Source: Camelus ferus (Eukaryota). Taken from it: DNA of 64,000 bases. Location: contig NC_045697.1 in NCBI RefSeq assembly GCF_009834535.1, forward strand, positions 40,860,001-40,924,000, written 5' to 3'. The notes under the pieces are model-generated. The model saw only the letters and a program-made list of their open reading frames with translations, had not been told where the DNA came from and made no database searches. A program made the position numbers and the translations under genes. This document shows, one piece after another, positions 12,273 through 26,638 of the stretch (its first letter is position 1; the number at the start of each line of letters is the position of its first letter).

Positions 12273-13830
12273 CAATACAAAACCCAAAGGAGTTAATTTA
12301 TAAAAGAACAGCCAATACGTTAAAATCTCCCTCTATTCTCAATGTGAGAACCACCTGTAGAGTAGCCAGAGACTACTGAATATAAACGGTATTCCTCTGG
12401 AAAGTGTCCTCAAAGGCAATCCACTCACACTTCTTCTTGGGCAGAATCATAAAATGGGCCATCCTTTCAAGGTGGCTTAGCATCATCCCCAAACATTAGC
12501 TGAAGGAGAGATTAACTACTCCGAGTTTTAAGGACAGGGCAATAACTCTAGGTGGGTGAGAAAACACACAGTGATCACACTGCTGGACACATAGACACAG
12601 AATTTCAAAGCATATCGTAAAACCTTGCCCTACACAGAATTAGCCAAAGCAGTAAGTCAATAACTCTAATCCTGAAAGCCTCCAAATCAACCTAAAGTAT
12701 TTCCAAAATAATTGTATTAATTATATTAGAATAAGTAGAATAACAAAAAATTATTAGATAATAACAAAATCACTAGCTGATGCAATTTTAAAATAAGCAC
12801 TATACAACAGAATATTCTCATATAAAATGTTGAGTCAAATTTGTGGTAGCTGGAAAGCTTCAGCCGGAGATAATCAGAATGAGACACACTTTCAGTATTA
12901 TTCCTGCCTCTAGTATATCCTCTACCTTGACTTTTCCTTTTCCCCCACTCCACTTTTAAGTTAGGTTACTTTGTCATATTTTATAAGTTGTTATAAGACA
13001 CCAGAAATTACTGAACAAAATGGGATAGAAATAAGTAAGCTGTGCTTATGAATTCTTAAGACTTTGCATAACTACATGATCTTCCTCCACATTAACTATA
13101 ACCTCAGCTGTATTAGAGGTAGGTTCTTAGTGCTGAACTTGTCTCAGACTAGATCACCACGTCTCAAGGGAGTAAAACAGCTACAGTGTAATCGAACAAT
13201 TTGTCCATGGAGGACAGCTATTGGCATATTAAAGCATTAAACTCAGTACCAGAGGAAATGGTTAAAAAGGTAGTTTAGAGAGCTCGCATTTCCAAAAACT
13301 AAAAGCATCATCTTCTCAAATATGGCTAGCTGTTTACAAAGTAAAAACCATCCCACTTTCCATCACACTAAAATGCAGTCATTTTTAAAAGCAGCTGAAA
13401 CAATTAGAAAATTCAGAACTAAGACAGGCACTATGGAAAATAATTTCTAGAAACAATTCACTTTTTTTTTTAGAAAAAATACAGCAAATCAGTCACTTTC
13501 ATAAAAACATAGGGCTCTTCAGAGTAATTTTTCAAATACTGGTTACTGATGAAAGTGACTTACGCCTATTTTTAACCTCTTGAGCATTTTAAACACAAAA
13601 CTAAATAAAGATTTAGGTGGAGGCAGGGAGTTTCTCTTTTGTAGCATTAACAACCTCCCTAGGGCTGATTTAAGCTTCCAAAATATTAGACAGGTAATTT
13701 CTTTTAACTGATCCTCTATCTCCTTCTCCCATAATGAAGCTATGAAAGTGCTAAATAAGGCTGCATTTTCCCCATTTGGTAGAAAAAAGCAAACATTTTA
13801 TACAGATGGGGAGGAACCCACACACGGTAC

Positions 13831-13868
13831 CTTGGAGGTGCAGATGTGGAAGAAGGCTTCTCTGGGGT
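13831..13868 (-). CDS. AFF1: AFF1 internal exon, 38 nt, TPEKPSSTSAPP(S)
   Basis: gcctag|ACC CCA GAG AAG CCT TCT TCC ACA TCT GCA CCT CCA AG|gtaccg; phase 0-2; follows a 124-nt intron. Confidence 0.92.
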
Positions 13869-13992
13869 CTAGGCATTCACATTAAGGGTAAGAAGGAAGA
13901 GGAAAAGAACAAAAAAAGGTTAGGATAAGTGGCTCAGAAATATTAGATGGACTTAAATGGACTCCTGGTACTGGGGGGTGTACAAAACTTAC

Positions 13993-14047
13993 TTGATCGC
14001 TGTCACTGTCCTCACTGTCACTGAGCTGAAGGTCATCTTTGAGCATG
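13993..14047 (-). CDS. AFF1: AFF1 internal exon, 55 nt, (S)MLKDDLQLSDSEDSDSDQ (DLXLS motif of pSER domain)
   Basis: cattccag|C ATG CTC AAA GAT GAC CTT CAG CTC AGT … GAT CAA|gtaagt; phase 2-0. Confidence 0.96.
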
Positions 14048-16999
14048 CTGGAATGGGCAGGGACAGAGACAGTGTGGAGTTTAAAATAATGTCTAGTAAC
14101 TTCTTTCAGCAGATAAACAGAAAATATGCTTAACGAAACAGAAGGAGTGATGGGATAGGTGTAACTTTTATTTATCAAATACTTTATTTTCCTGGAAATG
14201 TTAATTTTTACAATTATAACACAGAAACTAGTTCAGTCCAAGCTCTTTACCATCTCAAAACTGAATCTTTCACATGTTCTGAGCATTAAAAACAGAACTA
14301 CAAGTTCTACAAGGGGCTTTCTGCCATCCCTGAGACTAAAGTTCCCAGGCCCACACAAATAAAACAAACAACAAGAAAAAGAAGTAAAATAGAAAAAATA
14401 TAATAAAATTTTTTTCCTATGGTCTCTAACAACGGGAATAAATGATTAAACATTCAATGAGTTAATATTGGATGAATGAATATCTGTAAAGTACTTAGAA
14501 CAGTACCAGGTACTTCAAAAGTGCTATCTATGAATTAAAATAAAATATATAGTAAGATGTATGAGGCTTACCGAGGCAACTGTCACCAAACAGTGCAGTC
14601 AGTTACGTTACATTTTTGTTCAAAAGACATTATTATTAATATTGAGCTTATTCTCTCACACACACACTCACACACACACGCCTCCTCTTTTGTCTGCCTG
14701 AACACGAATCAGTGGAAAGAGTAGTTATACAAATAACACTGTTGTCTAAAAATATGTTTTACCTTACTGCTATCATTCAGGTAAAAATAAAAACTCAGTT
14801 CACTTCCTCAAAGTTTTATTAACACTTATCTCTAGGCACCCTGGTTTATGACAAACCTAAATATTAAAAGCACACAATTCCAAATCTGTAAATCTTTACT
14901 CAAGTCTTAGCCCACTTTCCTATCCCCTCCCTCCTTCACCTTCTTCCATGAAGATACCAGTATCAACGGAATGAATCTGTAATTGCTCCCTCCCACTTCT
15001 CACAGAAGTTTTGAGCATGAATATTTCAGGAAGTGTTACAAATGAAACTGAAAAAAATATCTGCATGACTATTATTGATGCTCCGAAAAGCAAACTGTAT
15101 TAGAAGTTACAATCCTTTGGTATTTCTAAAAATACCCCTTTAATACTCTGACCAAAAATTTTACTGCAAACTCACTACCTATCACTGAAATAAGTGTGCA
15201 CGATTATTTTGGGAATCCGTGGTAAAAATCACTATATTTTCTAATGAAAAGAAGTGATAAAACTTGGCTCTTTCACAATGACCACCTACATACGATGTTG
15301 TAATTCTGCCAAGGATGTATTTCCACCAACAAATGTACTAAAAAAATCTTGTGATGAGTTTCTTTAAAAATACGAAAACTGTTAGCTACTTGTAAATGTA
15401 GATCTTGCTCAGTATTTATCTAGTAGAAGCTAAATTCATATTTTAGCAAAACTAGAAGACATAGCTTTCAGATATAGGCTTGGCAGCACCAATCACAAGA
15501 GTGTATATGAAAAAAGTCACTCAATAGGTTTACTGCTAAAAGGTGGCTTGCCTGGCATACACACAAGCAAAAGATAAAAGATTTATCTTTAGAACAAATG
15601 TTAATATAATACAATAAAAAAAAATCCGGCAGAGTATATTCAGTATTAATCAACAACAACAAAATCATAGGAAATGGACTTTTTGTTTCTTAGTTATTGG
15701 GTTTGTTTAGTATAAAGCTGATTTTTCTTAATTTCCCAAAACACTGATGACTGTATAGTCCAACCATGCCTCCTGTTACAAGCAGAGGACTAAATACCCT
15801 GCAAGCTGTCTGCCTAGCTTCCACGCACAGATTCTTCTAAAGTCAGAAAGAATATAATGTATGTTCAGTATATCAGAAAGTATATATTCTAACTTTTAGC
15901 TCTACTTGCTCTTACGGAATAAAAGGGGCCATAAAAGTGCTGTCCCAGATCCTGAAAACTTCGCTTTCGGAGCAGTAGGTAGACAATAACAAACACAGGC
16001 CTGCAGGTAGAAATCTTACTCAGGACCTAAAGAGTTGAGGGACAGTGGCCTCTGAAGGCAGATTGCTACGGGCATCTCCAAAGATGCATTCACTCAAAAC
16101 AAACAAACAAAAGATAAACCAATACGGTCAAACAAAACGTCACTTACATAGTACTAAGGATTTACACATGGGATTTCATTTAATCAAAATTCATGGATAT
16201 AATTTATTTGACACAAGAACCGGCAGACATAGTGTAATGTGTCTTCCAACCCAGCCAATGGTACGCACAGAACCTCCCAGAAACCATGGTTTATTGTATC
16301 ACCAGAGATGGGTAGCTCGACATAAGCCAGGAGTGAGGGAAGGGTACTTTCTAAAGTTTCTGATAGCAAACATGTATTGTGTCTCTAATAAGAAAAAAGT
16401 TTACTTAAAAAACATGACTAAGTTTTGATATATAGAAATATATAAAATTAATCATAAATACCATTGTGAGTTTTTTTTTTTTTAAGATCTATATAGTTGG
16501 GAAAATGTAACCTGATGACAGGTAAAGGTTTTATGTTTAAAGGAATCAGTTGCTAAAACCCTCTACTTGTGCCACAGATAATTATATTTGGAGCTAATCA
16601 CATTACTGAATTACTACACCAGTTATACTATGCTAGTATAATGTAAGCTACTCTGTTATACTTCGTATTTTATATACTAGGTTGGTCCTTGAATGTGTAG
16701 AATGACAAACTTAGTTACAGCACATCTGGGTGAGCACCTCCGTACTCAGCAGAAAAGAATTAAATCTCTTAGACCCAATCTCACACATACCAATAAAACC
16801 TAGGTCAAGAAAACTAAGACCGAAGGTACGTACTCAACCGTAAGCTTTTCTGGGGCAGGATCAAGTCATTTTCACTTTCGTATTTTCTATACCTAGAACT
16901 TGGCAGGTACCCTAAGAAGCTGGCTGAATGAATAGTGTCCCTTTTGCTGAACAAGTAACAGTACCACCTAACTGTGCCCTCTGTGTGATCTGAATGAAC

Positions 17000-17180
17000 T
17001 TGACAAGCATTGCTTATAGTAGCAACCCTGTGGGCTGGCTCTGATCATCTCACATTCTAAAGATGAGGAAACAGCTCAGAACAGCCACCTAATTTGCCTA
17101 AGATCATGAAGCTGGTATATGCTGGACCTGGCATGCAAAATCCATTCCATCTGGATATGATCTCCTTGCTCTGGCCCATA
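17000..17180 (-). mobile_element. MIR SINE
   Basis: caaccctgtg…ctcacattctaaagatgaggaaacagctcaga…aatttgcctaagatcatgaagctggta; boundaries approximate. Confidence 0.6.
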
Positions 17181-18644
17181 ACGGACAGTGGTTAGAAAAC
17201 CTAACAGATGGAATGAAATCTAAGTTACAGAACCCACTGAGAGAAAGACTAGGATTTGGATGAAAATAGTAACTATACTGCTGGAATAAAATGAATATAC
17301 CATTTCTCCTCTATGAAAATTAATGAACTTTAAACCTTATATACTTTTAAAACTGGTCAAATAACTAATTTCATTTCCAAACTCCAGGGTAAACCAGTTA
17401 TTTCAAAGACATGGCACCATCTGGCTTAGCTTGGCACTGTTCAAAAGAAGACAAGTGCTCAGGTAAAGCCACTCTTTGAACTACCATGTAGGTTTAACCA
17501 CATTTCACATCATTGGTTAGGTAAACTTCTTACTAAAAGGTTACAAACAGTCCTCAGTCTCCTTTGTACAAATGCATCCTTCAGGCAGCTGTTCTACAAA
17601 GCGGGGAGAGCCGTACAGGTTCTGGCAGGCACGCTTCAGGGGCTCAGAGGACAACCGTTACTGTGTGAAGACACACCAGACAAGCCTTCACTCCTTTTCC
17701 GTTCCTTAGCACTGGACTTGCCCAAAGCTTCTGTAACATCTCAGTTCAGAACTCCCAAACTGTTTCAATACACTGATTCCTTGGCTTAACATTTCCTATG
17801 ATCGTGCCGTACATTCTATTTGCAAAAGAGCAAGTGGAGGCAAGTTCAAGCAGTTATTTGCAATTAAAAAGTCACAACCCTGGTATTAGGTGTGCTTAAA
17901 ATAGCAAATAAAGTGGTACATATTTTTCAGAAACCATTAATGAGCATGTGAGAATATGTAAACTTACACAATTCTCACATTTCCCAAATGTTTAAATTAA
18001 ATCAGGCTTTGATTTCTATTTTGATACGGGGCAAAAATCAGGACTGCAAATGCTTTGTAGGAGATGGTGAGAAGTGACAAATTAGGGCTCGCTCCATATA
18101 CAATAAATTTAAAAAATGAAAAAGCAGACATTAAGCAGTTGTGACACAGCATACAAGGGGAACTCTCCAAATGGTGACAATAGTTGGCAGAATTCAAATT
18201 CGTGGAGAGGCTGTATGCAAGAGATGATGGATTAACAAGGTAGAGGGGAAAGTGATTCGGCTATAGTAGTGAGCTTATGGCTGATGGTAAAATTATGGTA
18301 AAATTGTGGCCAGAGGTATAAAAGATTATTTAAACTTTGTGGATGAAGAGAGGATTATCTGAGGTCAAAAAAATAATTATCTGAGGTCAAATAAGGATAT
18401 AAGAAAAATCATGACAGTATAAATGAGAGAAAGTTTGAAGTTAATAAATAAGATTAAATTTTTATGTATGCTAAGTAAGATACTAGTACAAGATGCTATA
18501 CTGGACAACTAGAAACAAAATCTAGAAAAACTGCAGCTGACAATCATATACCTATTTAACATTGCTTATAGACAGGTGAGTTACTGCACAGCGGCAGCCT
18601 ATTAAGCCCCTTTAAAGGTAGCAAGTATTCTCTGCCTCCCTCTC

Positions 18645-18907
18645 ATCATTCAGGCTCCAGATCAAATATCGCCTTCTCTGAAAGACCTTTCCTGACCCTC
18701 CCAGAAGTATCAGCAGCACCCAAAAAAGCTGCTTCCCCTAGCCTGTCACTATCACATCACCTAGTCTATATTACATGCCACCCGTGTTTAGTTACCAGAC
18801 ATGCAAGACAACAACTTTGTCTTACTGGCTACAATTTCCCCAAATACCTAAACCAGCAGCAGGCACACAGCATGTGTTCAATCATTATGCACTGAATGGA
18901 TGAATGG
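18645..18907 (+). mobile_element. L2 LINE 3' fragment
   Basis: cagatcaaatatcgccttctctgaaagacctttcctgacc…ggcacacagcatgtgttcaat…tgaatggatgaatg. Confidence 0.6.
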
Positions 18908-21900
18908 AGGCCATTTTTGAAACTATCTCCAAGTCACCTGGCGCCAAGCCCAGAGAATAATATTTATATAATTGGGGTCAAAAGCATGTTAAAGAATGAC
19001 GAGAATGATTCTTCTTATGTAGACTATAAACTCATTTACATTACACTTATCTATTAGACAACAGGCACTTGATAAATTTATTCTTTTTGTCCATTTTATT
19101 TGACCTTTGGTCTAAGACCAAGTTTTGGAAGTATATATTATCCTAAAAGGGTGCTCCCAGAGTAGTTCAAGCCATCATTTAAGAAAGTATAGCTCCAGGA
19201 GAAATACTTTGAAGGAGATAATCCTCCAGCATCTTATCTGTATTTTTATAATTCTTTAAAATTATAACATATAATTAAATTGATATATATATTTAATTAT
19301 TTATAATTAAACATTTGTTATAATTGAGAATTATGCTTCATTTCATAGCTTCACCAGAATATCCCTTCAACATTTATGCAAGTTTCTACCACTAAGTTGT
19401 ATACGATGTGAAGTTAAATAGTGCCCTGCAAGAGTCCTGGAATATTGTCTAGTAAAGCCAGAACTCCAAGAACTGACTACCCCAAACGACTGTAATTCTG
19501 CCATGAGCTAGTTACAGGACAGCGCAGATGGGGAAAGGTGATTCTGCATTTGGAAATTTCAGTATTTACTAAATATTGATTTAATGTGTCCTAGCAACTA
19601 TAATTCTGAAATAAGCAGATTTTTCAAACATTGCACGGAATGACCATTTGTTTGCTTTCACTTAAGAATGGAAATTATTCAATACTCAATATTACAAATT
19701 CTCATTTCTCCATAGCATGGCTAATATTAACTCACTTAAAAACTCAATCACTTGTTAAGTTGAGAGTGAAAAGTAAAGTGCATCTTTCTTCAGCAATACC
19801 AGGTATCTGAGTCCTGAGAACTAGCATTAACCACAGGATCTCCATTTACACTATGAGATGCTGAAGGTTTAACGTAGACTCACAAGCATATCACTGACCA
19901 GGCCAGTGTTTGTTCCTTGTTTTCAGAAGAGCTGAAGAACTGTGCATACAGGACAGTGGTATGATCTCAAGGACAAATAATTTATAAGTTTTGCTCCTAG
20001 GGGTGACTTCTACCACTTCCTCCATAATGTTCAGCAGCAAGTAGCACTTGAAGCTAAAGCTGTCATTGGAATAAGGCCCCAGGTGAAGCACCTTCACACA
20101 GCATGAGCTAGCATTTAAAAACAAGACAAAAAGAAGTATCTAGAAAAGGAAAAAAAATTTTTTCCTACGGCAGTTATGATTTAAATGAACTGGTACAAGT
20201 AAGCCATTTCTTTGGGCTGAATTCTAAGATATTTCAGCTGACACATGTGTCCTGATGTGATGGTTTTATATTACAGTAAACTGACAGGATGGGTCTTCCT
20301 TAGTTCTTTGCTAAGATATTTAAAAAACCAGTGAAGTTTTGAGTAAAAGCCAAAACTCAGGCTTATGTGGAAAGGTGTTAGATTCTTTCCAGCCGTCACT
20401 GAACTCTGCACCATTCCTTCTTGTACAACTTTCGGGACAACCTCAACCCCCGTCTTCACGTCCAAAAACTTCCCTCATTTCAAAAGAAATTTTCCAAGTA
20501 AGTAATAAAAACCCCAAATTGCTATAATTGCTAATTTCTACCTCTGAGTTGAAATAGGTACTGATGATTTTTGAAGCAAAAATTAGACAAATAAAGGAGG
20601 GCACCCTCTAGTAAGGCTTGGCAACTTCAGGGTAGGTAGTGGGGTGGGAAAGACGGAAGTCAGCCACAATAATGTCCATCAACTACTCTATAGTTTGTAA
20701 AACAGTAACACGTGATCCCTTTGGAGAGGCTGGCAACTCACTGACACTTGGCAACTGCATCTGACTGTACAGAAAGGGAACTCTCCACAATTATATGAAG
20801 GACATTACAACTGTACAGAAAAAGGAAATTATTTCGTACTCTGCGCTGAGAACTCAACAGATCAAAGCCTTGGAAAGGAAAAAGATGCCAGAGCCAGGAG
20901 CCCTGAAACCAACATCCCCTCCCGTAAACTGAGAAGCAAATAACACTGACATCCTAGCTAATCACCTCCCTGAGGTGCTTGGCCAGAAGGAGGTCATCAT
21001 TTAAGAACTAATCAGAGCTTCAACTACAGAGATTAAAAGTAACGGATTCAGCACCTGTTTCTTTCTCAGCTACATCCTTCTACCACCTGGCTAACACCTA
21101 CCCGCCCCCAGGTCTGGACAGATATAAGAGTTCATACAGACTCTCCACAAGCTTATCCTCCAGTGCCAGGCCCCTCTTTTTCCCTTTCATAAGTACTCCT
21201 CCACTTCTGTCAGGAGTCCCGAGTACTAGTAACTCTGAAAGAAAAAGCATTAAGACCTAGATTGGTTTTTAAAACCAAGGTACAAATGACCCTGTAATTA
21301 ACTTTTTTTCCATGACATTCAAAGTGCATTAGACGATCTTCCGGCCACTCCATGTGTCACTGAAATAGTTTAACTGCATGTCAAAGAGCCCTGATGCCGA
21401 CACTAGATCAAATCTACCTGCAAACACCAAGAGATTTGCCATGCCAACTCTGAAACAATGACTGCACTTTACAAATTAATTGGGACACTGCTTTCATCCA
21501 ATCTCCATACAAGTGATTCTTTTTTCCCAAAGGCACATTTCATTTTGGCACTTAGCAAAGTGCCACCCCACACAGCCCTCGGTATCCACCCCGCCTCAGG
21601 ATTACTTTCTCTCCTGCACCACTCTTTACCTCTTCACCTGCACTGGGCCCTATGTTCATCCCAGCTCTAAATCTATTGGGATCAAAACAAATATTCTTTT
21701 CTAGGTAATTTTATACATGGTAAGGTAATAGTTTTTTATAAAGAAAACACTACGTATGCTACTGATATAAGCATATCTGTCATAAATTTTCAGACACCTC
21801 TGATTTTCAGTTTAACTCACGTATCAGAGCTACCCATTTCTCTGAGTAGCAAAATCATCATAGAAAGTGGTCAGTCCCTACCAACTACCTAAGTCTGAAA

Positions 21901-23360
21901 GCTGATGGAAACTGGTGTGGAAGGGTGTGCTCTGGACTGCTTAGTCTGAAGCGACTTCTCAGGCCTGGGCCAGACCCAATGGCCCTGCTCCCTCTACACA
22001 CCGGCCCAGGGAGCCAGCAGCCTCCACCCGCTCCGCCCCTCAGGAAGCCCCTCCTTTCTGTTCTTACTGTGAGTGGGATGCAAGCTCTTCAACTCCCCCG
22101 CCCTTGCTGCCCCAAACACATCAGCAGAGCTTCTTACAGTCTAAAGAGCTTTACTTCCAACCATTACCAGGAGCACAGGGTGTAACGGTTTGGGGAAGCA
22201 ACGGAGCTCCCCAGGATTGCCCTGAGCGTCGTCCTTGGAGTCGCGGTGTCTGTTCCCCACCAGCCGTCAACTGGCTTCCCCAACCACCTCCTCCTCTTAA
22301 CGTCATCTAAGGAGATGACTCTAGACTCTCAGAACTCAGGATAAACTTTTTTTTTAAGAAACAAAAAGGGAAAAAAGAAAAGGCAAAAAAGACAAAGGGG
22401 AAGACTGACATAGGGCTAATTTCTTTCCCTAGCAAGCAAAACTTCACCATCAGCCAGACCTACAAATGAAAGAGATTTTTATTACACGCACAAAAATTCA
22501 TCCTTCAAACTATAACAAGTTTGTCTTTTAACAATAAATCTCTCATTATTTTTTTTCTTACTTTGGGGAAGTCGAAACAATCGGATGAAGGATCTGACCT
22601 TGGGAACAGAGATCTAACCCAGCCCCACACGCAGTCACGGTGAGGAGACAAAAAACCTCTTGGCCTCAACTATACGCTTTGTAAAATATTCAACCCACAG
22701 CAACACCTCCTTCCAAAATACATGGATAAATCCTAGGCTTAGAAAACAGACGGTGGAGACTAGCAACGCCATTAGTACCCGCTCAGATTGCAAGAGAGGA
22801 AGCCCTCCTCACCACTGCTGGTCATGAAGTGAAAGGAATATGAGTTCAACACCAGCAAGAAATGACAAATTGGGTCAAAAAGCTGGTTTAAAAATCTTTA
22901 CTATGTAGTTTCAACTGTTCCAAAAACCCCAAAATATATCTGGACTTACTTGGCCTTAATAAAGAACAGCTGGGCAATAAGACATTATTTATTAGTTAAA
23001 ACTAGGCCAAAAAAGTGGCAGAAAATCTTAAATTGTGCACATCCCCCCAAATTTGTTTCCAAAAGCTAAAGCTATTTAAGATTGAAATTTATAAAGCTAA
23101 AAGCCTTCTATTTCCCACGGTTAATATGTAGATAATGGCTCAAAGGCCTTTCCTTTTGAGAATACCCTTTAGCAAACTCTTACGGTGCCTAAACCTTCAA
23201 TAGGATCCAAATGGAAATGTAGGTCATTTCTTCCCCTTACAATGCAGCAGTATTTTGAGTCATTACTTGAAAGCAAAGGAGGGGAAAATAAAAAACCTAT
23301 GCAAGAGTTTCATGGGAAATTACAATGTAAACTTTTAATAAACATAAGCATTTTACTTAC

Positions 23361-23412
23361 GATGTTCCCTGCTGAGAATTACTGTGGGTTTTTGAAGATG
23401 TATCATACTGTT
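23361..23412 (-). CDS. AFF1: AFF1 internal exon, 52 nt, (K)QYDTSSKTHSNSQQGT(S)
   Basis: ccttacag|AA CAG TAT GAT ACA TCT TCA AAA ACC CAC AGT AAT TCT CAG CAG GGA ACA TC|gtaagt; phase 1-2. Confidence 0.94.
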
Positions 23413-25547
23413 CTGTAAGGGAGGGAAAAATGATCAAACACAAAGACAAATTCCCGAGACTATTAGTTATAAATTCTCTCTTTTTTTTTTTTTTTTGCTG
23501 TCCCCTCCTTCACCTTTTTCACCTAAACTCTTAGAATACTTGAATTCCATCAACCAGGGTGCTATACACTGCTTATAAAATAACATTTATGTTACCGCTA
23601 GAGAAGGGGCTTGCTCAGAATTAGAAAATCCCTTAACAAGAACACACTCTGAGACATGCTATCCAGGCTGCCGGAGACTCCCATGAGTGGGAACCTTTCC
23701 TTGGTATCGGGGGGCATCCCCCCACAGAAGCAATATGACTGGGCGGCCCTCACCCCCCACCCGGTGTGACTTCACCTATCTATCAGTGACAGCCTAGCAC
23801 TGCCATTTATAGCTTCTGTCCTTGGCCCACTGTGCTCCCACCTGCACCCCCATACATTCATTCAACTGCTATTTACAAACTGCCTGTTAGACACCAAGAT
23901 GTTCAGGGCATTTGACCTTGTCCTCAAGGAGCTTGCAGTTGACCAAGGGACACCAAGCAGGCGCACAAATACCTACAACCACAGGCAGTGTGAGGTAAGT
24001 GCACAAAAAATGGACTGTCTCGGGAATCTAGACAATAGTCACTCTGCTGGTAATGGCAAAAGGAACAAAATCAGTTGTGTCACAAAAGATGTGTGAGATG
24101 CAGAGAGAATGACTGCCGGCAAGAGGGAGATGGGGGTGGGGAACGCCTTTGGACGGAAGAGACAATGTGAGTGAAGGTAGGAAAGCGGGGACAGGACAGA
24201 GGGGTAGAGCCGGGGTGCAGAGTCGGGGGGCAGCACGGGAGGACTGGCCCAAGTCAGAATTTAGACGGCTCTGAATGCCACAGTGGGAAGTTAAAACTTC
24301 TGTCGCTGGGCAATGAGACACCACCACGGCAATTCCTCAGAGACATCAGCCTGGTGGTGCTACCCGACAGAACATGGAAAGGAACAGGAAAGGTTCAGCA
24401 TGGAGGCAGCAGAGCAGCTGGGAGGATGCGTAACGGGGACCTGAAGCAGAACTCGAAGTGAATGGAAACATGGTGCCTTGCAGCAGGGGTGAGGAGATGC
24501 CCCACCAGCGTGAGGTGGAGACCCTCGAACATGTGCAATTAACCGCTTCATCCTCATGGTGGCAGCAGCTCTTATAGGATATTTTTTAACAGCCTCCCCT
24601 TCTGGCTAGCAAGCTGGGGCTGGGATTCCCAATTAGAGGGGCTAAATCCACTCAGACAGACTCCACACAGTCATCTCGGCACAGTCCAAGCTCCACAAGG
24701 CTCTGGTAATCCTCAGGCAGCCAAGTTTTTTTTTTGCACACATGGACATTAATACTGGGGCATTCCAGTAAAATCCCTATACTTCATCCTCTACAGACTC
24801 CAAAACCATAAGGTAATTTTTCAAGAAATCTGAATTCTCCTGCTGAGCTTACTTTGAGAAATAGATGTCACACTCTACTTCTCTGAAAGCTCTATCTGCA
24901 CCTACTCCACTCCCTCTTCATCCAACATACAACGAGACCCCTCTAGTGCCCAACTCTACCCCCTAAAGGTCACACTCTCAGAGGTAAACAAGGTTTTCCA
25001 GAACACCAACAGACAAAGTGGTAGCAGCACAAAAAAACCCCAGAGTAAGCATTTGCTGAGCCAAGACCTACAGGAGACGTGCCAGCATCTGAAGACTTCT
25101 CATCAGGACAACGAGGAACCAGTCCACACTCCTGCACAGGCCCAGAGGGCCACCAGCCTGGGCCAAAAAAGTGCTTACCAGTTCATCCTCAACTATATTT
25201 TGCAAAAAAGGAGAAATCAGACAGCTTAAAGGATTATAGGGTCTTTCTAAACCAGGAGTTAGCAATCATGCAAGATGTGAGTAGCCCAGTGGAAGGCATA
25301 TAATCTGCATGACTGGCGCCCTAGGACATTGGGGGGCAGGGGAGCAAGAGGTCAAAGGTGCACAGCAATGCAGCCCACAGCTGAGCTGGGGACCCGCCTG
25401 CTCACTAGTGCTGCCAAGATGTTGGGGGGGTGAAAAAGATTTCCCAATCTCCCCAATACTGTGGCAAGATGGTCACATTCATTTCTCTGCATCTGGAAGG
25501 CATTTAGTTAGCAGTTCTTTGCAAGGTCTTATTCGTTATCTCTAGAG

Positions 25548-25725
25548 CAGGGGATGGCAAACTTTCTCTGTAAAGGTCAGGTAGCAAATATTTTAGACTT
25601 GGCATGCTATACCCTGTAGCATTAGTAATAAATGAGTGGGCATGCCTGCAACCTAATTAAACCTTCTTTACAAAAACTAGCTGTACAACAGATTTGACTC
25701 TCAGGCTATGGTGTGCCTGCCCCTA
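25548..25725. mobile_element. MER58-like hAT-Charlie DNA transposon
   Basis: Starts cagggatggcaaactttctctgtaaaggtcagg…aaatatttta; 8-bp TSD ctctagag/ccctagag. Confidence 0.75.
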
Positions 25726-26601
25726 CCCTAGAGGAAAGACATTCGTTTTTCGCTTTTCTCATCTTTTCAACTCTCCTCGTATCCTTGCAATTTATAAACA
25801 ACAGGATAATCGAGGGGAAAATACAACTGAGGGAAAAGAATGTGATGGGGAGATCTGAAGAAGAGCCACCTCTGTGGGGCGTCCATGAGCAACCTTCTCT
25901 GGACCCACATACATGCTCCACACACCCTACTGTGGTCTCCCCGTCCTCTGAAGATGAACACTCCGTAAATCAGGCACTCACCAGATGCTAAGGAACTAAA
26001 TGATTCCAAATACACTAGGCATTTTTGTAAGGCTTCAAATGCCTCGCATGTAGTTAGGACACAAAGAACTGACTGAACTGAGGAGTTATTGATGAAGAGA
26101 AAGGCTGGATCCAGTTAGCTTTTTCCTGTTTCCCCCTGAATTCTCAAATATTTCCAATCCATAAAAAAAAAGCCAGAAAAGAATTACATGGCAAATACAT
26201 AGAGAAGGACTTAAGAAGCTATGTGCTCTCTTCCTTATAAAAATTCCGTACTTTGTTTAAAAAAAAAAAAAAAAAAACACAAGAACCACATAAAATACCC
26301 CAACCCATTCTTATATACAATTCCAGGGTAACAATGCTTTCACAGTAGCTCTTCAGATATTCATCATAAGTCAGGCAACCCCAAATTATATGTTAGGTAC
26401 TTTATAAGATATCTTCATTAACACTGCAATAATCCGAAATTCTACTTAAAGACCAGCTTTATGTTTGCCTCCCTTCCTATGTTTTAACCACAGGAGGCCC
26501 TATCTCTGCTGGGGCATCTTTCATTAATTTTTTTTATATTTAAACAGTCAACACCATGCTTTGTTCTCCAACGCAATCATCTGTTCCACGTATTTACTTA
26601 C

Positions 26602-26638
26602 TTTGGTTTTGGGTTGCAGAATTGATATGCTGAGAATC
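26602..26638 (-). CDS. AFF1: AFF1 internal exon, 37 nt, DSQHINSATQNQ(K)
   Basis: ctttctag|GAT TCT CAG CAT ATC AAT TCT GCA ACC CAA AAC CAA A|gtaagt; phase 0-1. Confidence 0.93.

Noticed and set aside
22550..22625. Donor-like AAA|gtaaga at about 22561 as an extra AFF1 cassette exon
   Set aside because: No good polypyrimidine tract or acceptor upstream, and the neighbouring exons already join in phase.
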